A stretch of 64,000 nucleotides of DNA, from contig OZ024755.1 in assembly GCA_964016885.1 (NCBI GenBank), positions 23,250,001 through 23,314,000 on the forward strand, read 5' to 3'. Positions 58,547 to 64,000 of the stretch are shown piece by piece. The translations under genes and the position numbers were made by a program. The notes under the pieces are model-generated. The model had not been told where the DNA came from, made no database searches, and saw only the letters and a list, made by a program, of their open reading frames with translations. The DNA is from Eledone cirrhosa (lineage: Eukaryota). How positions within the stretch are numbered: the stretch's first letter is position 1; every line of letters begins with the position of its first letter.

Positions 58547-59439
58547 GAGGTATCCACTGTAAGTTGTGGGGTCTATTCTGTATGAAGAACTCAATGTAAT
58601 CCAAATGTTGAAAATGTTGCAGGTTAAGATAAATCTCAGAAAACAATAAAACGTTAAAAGGAAAACAGTGTCATGATATAAGTTAAATCAATCAAATAAA
58701 AAATCAAGTCATTTTGAAAACAGCTGGTGATATGCATGTAAGTTAATATTCTCTCTATCTGATAGATAGATCAATAGGTTGTTAAAAGGTTGGTAAAATC
58801 CAGTATTTGGGTTTATGCCGCTCCTAAATCAAGTACCGTCCGCTTACATAAATAATGTCAGGCTTCTGGTAAGATGATTGAACAAGGAAGCCACTTTCTC
58901 AACAGGTATTAGTTCAATGTTAATACAGGGACTGACTATTGCTGACTCCACGTGGGGATCGGCAAGGGAGGCAGCCCCTATATCAGGCGAATAAATTCAG
59001 TTGTGTATATTTTTGCAAGAATGCAAAAACATCACAAATCGAATAGAGTTCTCAACAGAGGGGTTAAAATTAACATAAGCTATTCATCAGTCAATAGAAT
59101 CAACTAAAAAATCAAGAAAATTAACTGGTCAATAGGTAGAGTCTGGAGATAAATACAAACATAAATTATCGAGATTCGCTTTTCGGCCCACGAAGCAGTT
59201 AGAAAGTCTCATACAATATATTAGCTCTAGGAAAGAGATTTTTCCGAGCCGTAAAAATTAAGTCTGACAAACCCTATAGTCTATAGTTAGTATTTTTTTC
59301 ACCTTAACGAATCTGGTCCCTTCCGTTTTGAATACATATATATCTATATATGTCTGTGTTCGTTTTTCTTTTTTCTTTTTGTTCAGTTATATATATATAC
59401 ATATATATAATTACTCAAGTTGCAACCTTTCTGTTTCTT

Positions 59440-59518
<79 letters not shown>

Positions 59519-59790
59519 ACCAGACCAGTAAATTCATCCTATTAACAGATGTTTGGTAAATACATTGAATAATGTAATCGTAGATTTATAACTGCCAAAA
59601 ATAAACTATTGCTTTGGATGCAGGCATGGTAAAACGTTTAAGTTCCGAATTTGATTAAATTGTGTTTTATCTTATGCAAATTATGATAAACCACTGTCGG
59701 TGACTAAAGGTCATCAACATATGCTTTGCAAATCCTTTCTAGCAACCTCCATTTCCTTCCGTCATGCTTTTCTCGAAAGTTGCTAAGATG
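58545..59790 (-). mobile_element. Decayed PLE remnant
   Basis: AYVDDL near 59705-59725; KYWILPTF near 58790-58810; 58545-58710 homologous to 7270-7450. Confidence 0.4.
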
Positions 59791-60239
59791 ATTATGGGTA
59801 CGACTGGGCGCTCTATGCGTCTTTAAAAAGAACTAATGCTACTTCTGTGTGAAGGAAACCGCCCTCTTTCAAAGAATGCTTCATCCTCCCTAGAAGTTTG
59901 ACGTCACCAATCTCTGAGACCTCCTCTAGCTTGAGATTGGTGGGTTTATTTTGTTTTCTGTCGATGTTTTTATAGCAAATTTTTATTTTTATATTTATGC
60001 AGCATGTCTGGTGACCCTACACTAAACCCAACCCAAGCTTTTACTGCGTCATGTACGCAGTATTGTTTGTGTAGGATGAACCCACACTTGCACGGGTTAA
60101 AATAACTGATAAATGGATAACAAATCTTTTTTCAATACGTCAAAATTTGTATCTGTTAGACACGCAGTGACTAACAACAGAATGTTTTAAGTCTGAGTGT
60201 TTCTGAACTGATCTGACATATATGCGTAACTTGTGAATA

Positions 60240-60575
60240 AAAACTTCAAGGGGTGTCGCTGGCCGTGGTGATCGCGTGCCAAACATGTTTTGTAATGTAT
60301 CGTCTTATTGGCTAATTTCATCGTCTTATTGGCTAATCAACCAACGAGAGTAATTGTTGCTCAAAAGCATCCGCCATTTTGTTTGCGCGTTTATTTATCG
60401 TTTCGCTTTCGAATCTTCCTTCTGTATTTCGTCGTTTATCATCAAAATATTTTTCTCGTTTTGGTAAGTTATATTGTTAATTTATATATGATTTTTAAAA
60501 TTTATATTAACTATTTTTTTTTTCAGTTCGTTTGGATTTATTCTGTACTATACTGTACTGTACCAAGGTACAATT
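60240..60575 (+). promoter_or_regulatory. Candidate Pol II promoter and non-coding first exons
   Basis: Two ATTGG (CCAAT) boxes at 60307 and 60328; CCGCCATTTT (YY1-type) at 60371; CpG enrichment; G|GTAAGT donor at 60464; (T)nCAG acceptor at 60526; AAG|GTACAA at 60568. Confidence 0.55.
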
Positions 60576-60662
60576 TGTTCTTATTACAACGATAATTTAT
60601 TATTAATATATATCATGTTTAACTAGAGTTATTACAAGCGTTGCCTTAAAAAATATTAAACT

Positions 60663-60958
60663 AGACCTGAAAAATGCGCAAGCTCAAAAGAGCCACAGAA
60701 TATCGTACATCTAATTTGAGATATTTAGTAATCATTAATACGAAATACACTTAAACCGAATTCTATATTATAAATTCACTTAAATAATTATCGTATCGTC
60801 TTGAATTCGTTATGTGTCTCTTTTTTTATAAAAGGATGCCACAGAGTGTACGATAGATAATGATTACAATATTTTTGAGCAACAACTCTAGTCCCACACT
60901 TTTGAATGTTTATTATAACATTCTGTGGCTTTTTTTAGCTTGCGCATTTTTCAGGTCT
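60663..60958. mobile_element. MITE with ~39-bp TIRs
   Basis: agacctgaaaaatgcgcaagct..agccacagaat and its reverse complement at 60920-60958. Confidence 0.7.
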
Positions 60959-63900
60959 TATAATATTGATAGATTGGTAAACTGAAGGCGTAATATTTGT
61001 GCACGAAAAAATAGCATTTGTGGAACAACTAAACGGAGTAAAGTTTTAGCATTAATCAAGAAGTTTTGGGAATTGGCAATCGTACATTCTAGAGAAAGTT
61101 GTATTTATTGTTCATATTGTTTAGCTTCAAGTGGACCTTGATCGAACAAATCTATGACAAAAGGCTTGCCGGTCGTGAGAATTTCTTCTTTTAATGGTAT
61201 CTAATGTGTTGTTTACTTTGCCTTTCATCCTTCGTGATCAATAAAAATTGTACTAGTCCAGTACTGGGGCTGATTCCTCCTCTATATCTCTTTCTCACTT
61301 CCTCTCTATCAAATTCTTTCCTTGCTTTCGAAGAAATTGACTGTATTCAGGTCTGGAAAGGGGATGGGCTCTACAAGGATTAAACAAAATCCAAGGTGCA
61401 CCTACGACTCTACCAGGAATTAAGGGTTCATTCATACAATATGTTGTCTCATGAGTTCTTTGTTTAAGGTGATGTGGCTACTATTTCTAGCAAGTTGAGT
61501 GACCGCGTAAAAAGTCCCTTGCTGGCTCCATAATATTTGTAAAATATGTATGTATTAACCCGTGACTCCTGATGGAGTTGTAGTGGCACCGCATATCTTG
61601 AGCATTTTAAACCTGGTGGAGCCCATCCCTTCTCCATGTCTGAACACAGCTGATTTCTTCCCTACCAGAAGAGAGAGAGAGAGTACTGGTACTCATATAA
61701 CATATATATGCCCACAGTTTTCTATTCTTCTTTTTGGGACATGTAATAAGATCATATTCACTTCCGTAATCAAGAAGTTTACCCTTTATTTTCGTCTGTA
61801 GGGAGCTGAATCTTTCTGTGCTTTTCTGCTTTTTCTCGTTCCCTTCCTTCAGTTAGTGAATAGTCGATGACAACTGCTGTACCAGGATTGCTGCTTTTTC
61901 TTGTTCTTTTTCTTGCGTATGAGACGGTTGCTGTCTCAGGCTATAGTCGTCCATCTGATCAAGATCAGAGATCAATGATCAGTTTCCAAGGTCAACAACT
62001 CAAAAGTTATCATTGTTTGCTTTCGTTTACAGACTTTGTATGAGTCAGTGCTCTTTCCATTTTTGTGCTAACGACCAGTCCAATACCTCCAACAGCTGTT
62101 TCAGTATTTTTCTTCTATGCACTTGATGTTATGAGTGTTCGTTTGTCTGGTTGTTCAATTTTTACAGGTTCTTCCGTAATTTTTACAGGTTCTTACGATT
62201 TTGTGGTTTGTTGTACACAGAATGTCCAGCTTGCATTTGTTGAAGTTGTTTGCTAGCTCTAATCACCTCTTTTCGTCTTTTCTCGGTGTACGTCATTTGA
62301 AAGTTCCCACTCGTCTGTAGGTCTTGCAATAGAGGAGTCTGAGTCGTTCAGTTTTGTGATCAGGCATTTCCCTTCTGTCAGGGCTTGAGGAAACATTGTT
62401 ATTAGTCTCATTGTCAGTTATACTTGCTTGAATTCCAGGAATACGGCTTTCCGGGGCTTTAACAATGGTGCAGTTTTTCTTGTGAATTCATATTGCATTT
62501 CTGTTGCACATGATTCTTGTAAGCCCATGGCGCTGCTCCAAGCGCAGTTCTCTCAGTATTCTACAGGCTCGAGTGAGTAAATTTTATCCATTTACTTGTG
62601 TAGCTTCATCTGCATAACACCCATAATGGCCATTGCTGCAGTCAAGTTCTGTTTTGATACACCAATGTCTAAATCCTATATCCTACTACCGATGCATTCA
62701 CCGTAACCCTGGCGAGTACTCTACCTTGCCAAAGAGCAGTCTGCGTTTTGTCTGGGACTGCTTATATGAGTATTCACAATTAATCTCTATATCCAAAGGC
62801 CACTCCCTTAATCTCCGTAACCTGGAGCTCATATGATGGGAGTTATATTTTAACACCATAACTAAATAGTCATTATTACAAGAGAATGGTTTGGTCTGTA
62901 CCTGTAACTCCTGAATATTTTTCATAGATTACCAAATAAAACTTTTGTTCTTTAGACTATTTGCAAATAAGGGATTTTAGCTGACTTTTGGACATCTGCC
63001 CGCAATACCTGTAATAATGCAGATGTTTTTTTTTGTTTTGTTTTTTTACATTTTGATGACATTTCCACTTATCTATCGGATAAAAATAAACGCCCCAGAC
63101 ATACACACTCACAAAGAAAATGATTTTAACAAAACAGGGCGCAAAATAGAAATAAAAGCAAATCGTAAAACGCAGCGAACATTTACAACAAATCGTATAA
63201 AAGATAATCAACTTTTGACGGAAAAGAAAATTGTTTTGAACGGTTTTAATAACAGTTTTAATAACACTTCAAATGATAGTATTAACAACAATAGTACTCA
63301 CATTGAGACAGATACGTTGACAAGTGAGGTTGGGAAAGACGTTGAAAATGGTAATAATGTTAATAGAGCTAGTTTGGCTTCTATTGTTACCCAAAGAGAA
63401 TTTTAGGAGATGGCTAGATTCTCGTATAAAAAAGTTGCCTGGGAAAATTGTGTTTAAACCATACAGTGTCTCTTTGTTCCATGAATTCCACAAGAAAATA
63501 AAGAAGTATCTATGCTTTAAAAAGAACGGCAAGTACTTACATATACCCCGAAATAGTTACAAGAAGAAGCCCTCTGCGAGACTGAGTATAGTATCAAGAA
63601 CCCAAGATAGAGAGCTCAGTTGAAAACGAACTGGAATAGTGAGGCACATATGCATCTAAAACTTTGTGCTCCAATATTTGGGGTAGTGAAATACAAGGCA
63701 GAGCTGTTCTGCTACAGAACGACACGGACACCAGCTATGTTGGTTAGTTGCGATAAAAGTGAGCTCCTGTCAGACAAATAAGCAACCCCGAACCAACAGC
63801 GGTAAACTACTAGGGAAGATGAAGCAATGGCGACTGTTAGCTCGCAAGAAAAACTCTCACAACCTAGTGGTGTAGCTACGACGAGGCGAGTAAACCCTAG

Positions 63901-64000
63901 TCTTCGCGGATCTGAGAAAAGTACAAAATTGGTGAGTGATGCGAATAAGACCACCAAAACACTGCAATAAGACGAGTAACAATAAAAGCATTCTTACTGC

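Overview
AT-rich, repeat-dominated eukaryotic DNA. It is most likely from an octopod cephalopod, inferred from the SINE families and the very long (TA)n tracts. No intact host protein-coding gene is visible, and nearly all long ORFs in the track are (YI)n/(VC)n/(LS)n microsatellite artefacts. The window is a mosaic of decayed retroelements (Penelope-like elements [PLEs] with RT/GIY-YIG remnants, plus RTE-, CR1-, CRE- and R4/Dong-group LINE pieces), Helitrons, MITEs, over 25 tRNA-derived SINE copies and minisatellites. There are two candidate first-exon/promoter regions, near 2.1 kb and 60.3 kb. The most notable hidden layer is RNA-structural. About ten type I hammerhead ribozyme motifs from several unrelated PLE-end families lie in or next to (TA)n tracts. 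Many sit at the centre of fold-back inverted repeats, and one family has an unusually large, covarying stem II domain. A full tRNA-like cloverleaf is embedded in a PLE-like inverted-repeat element, and two RTE copies show twin-priming inversions. All structures were paired by eye, with no folding software or database searches.
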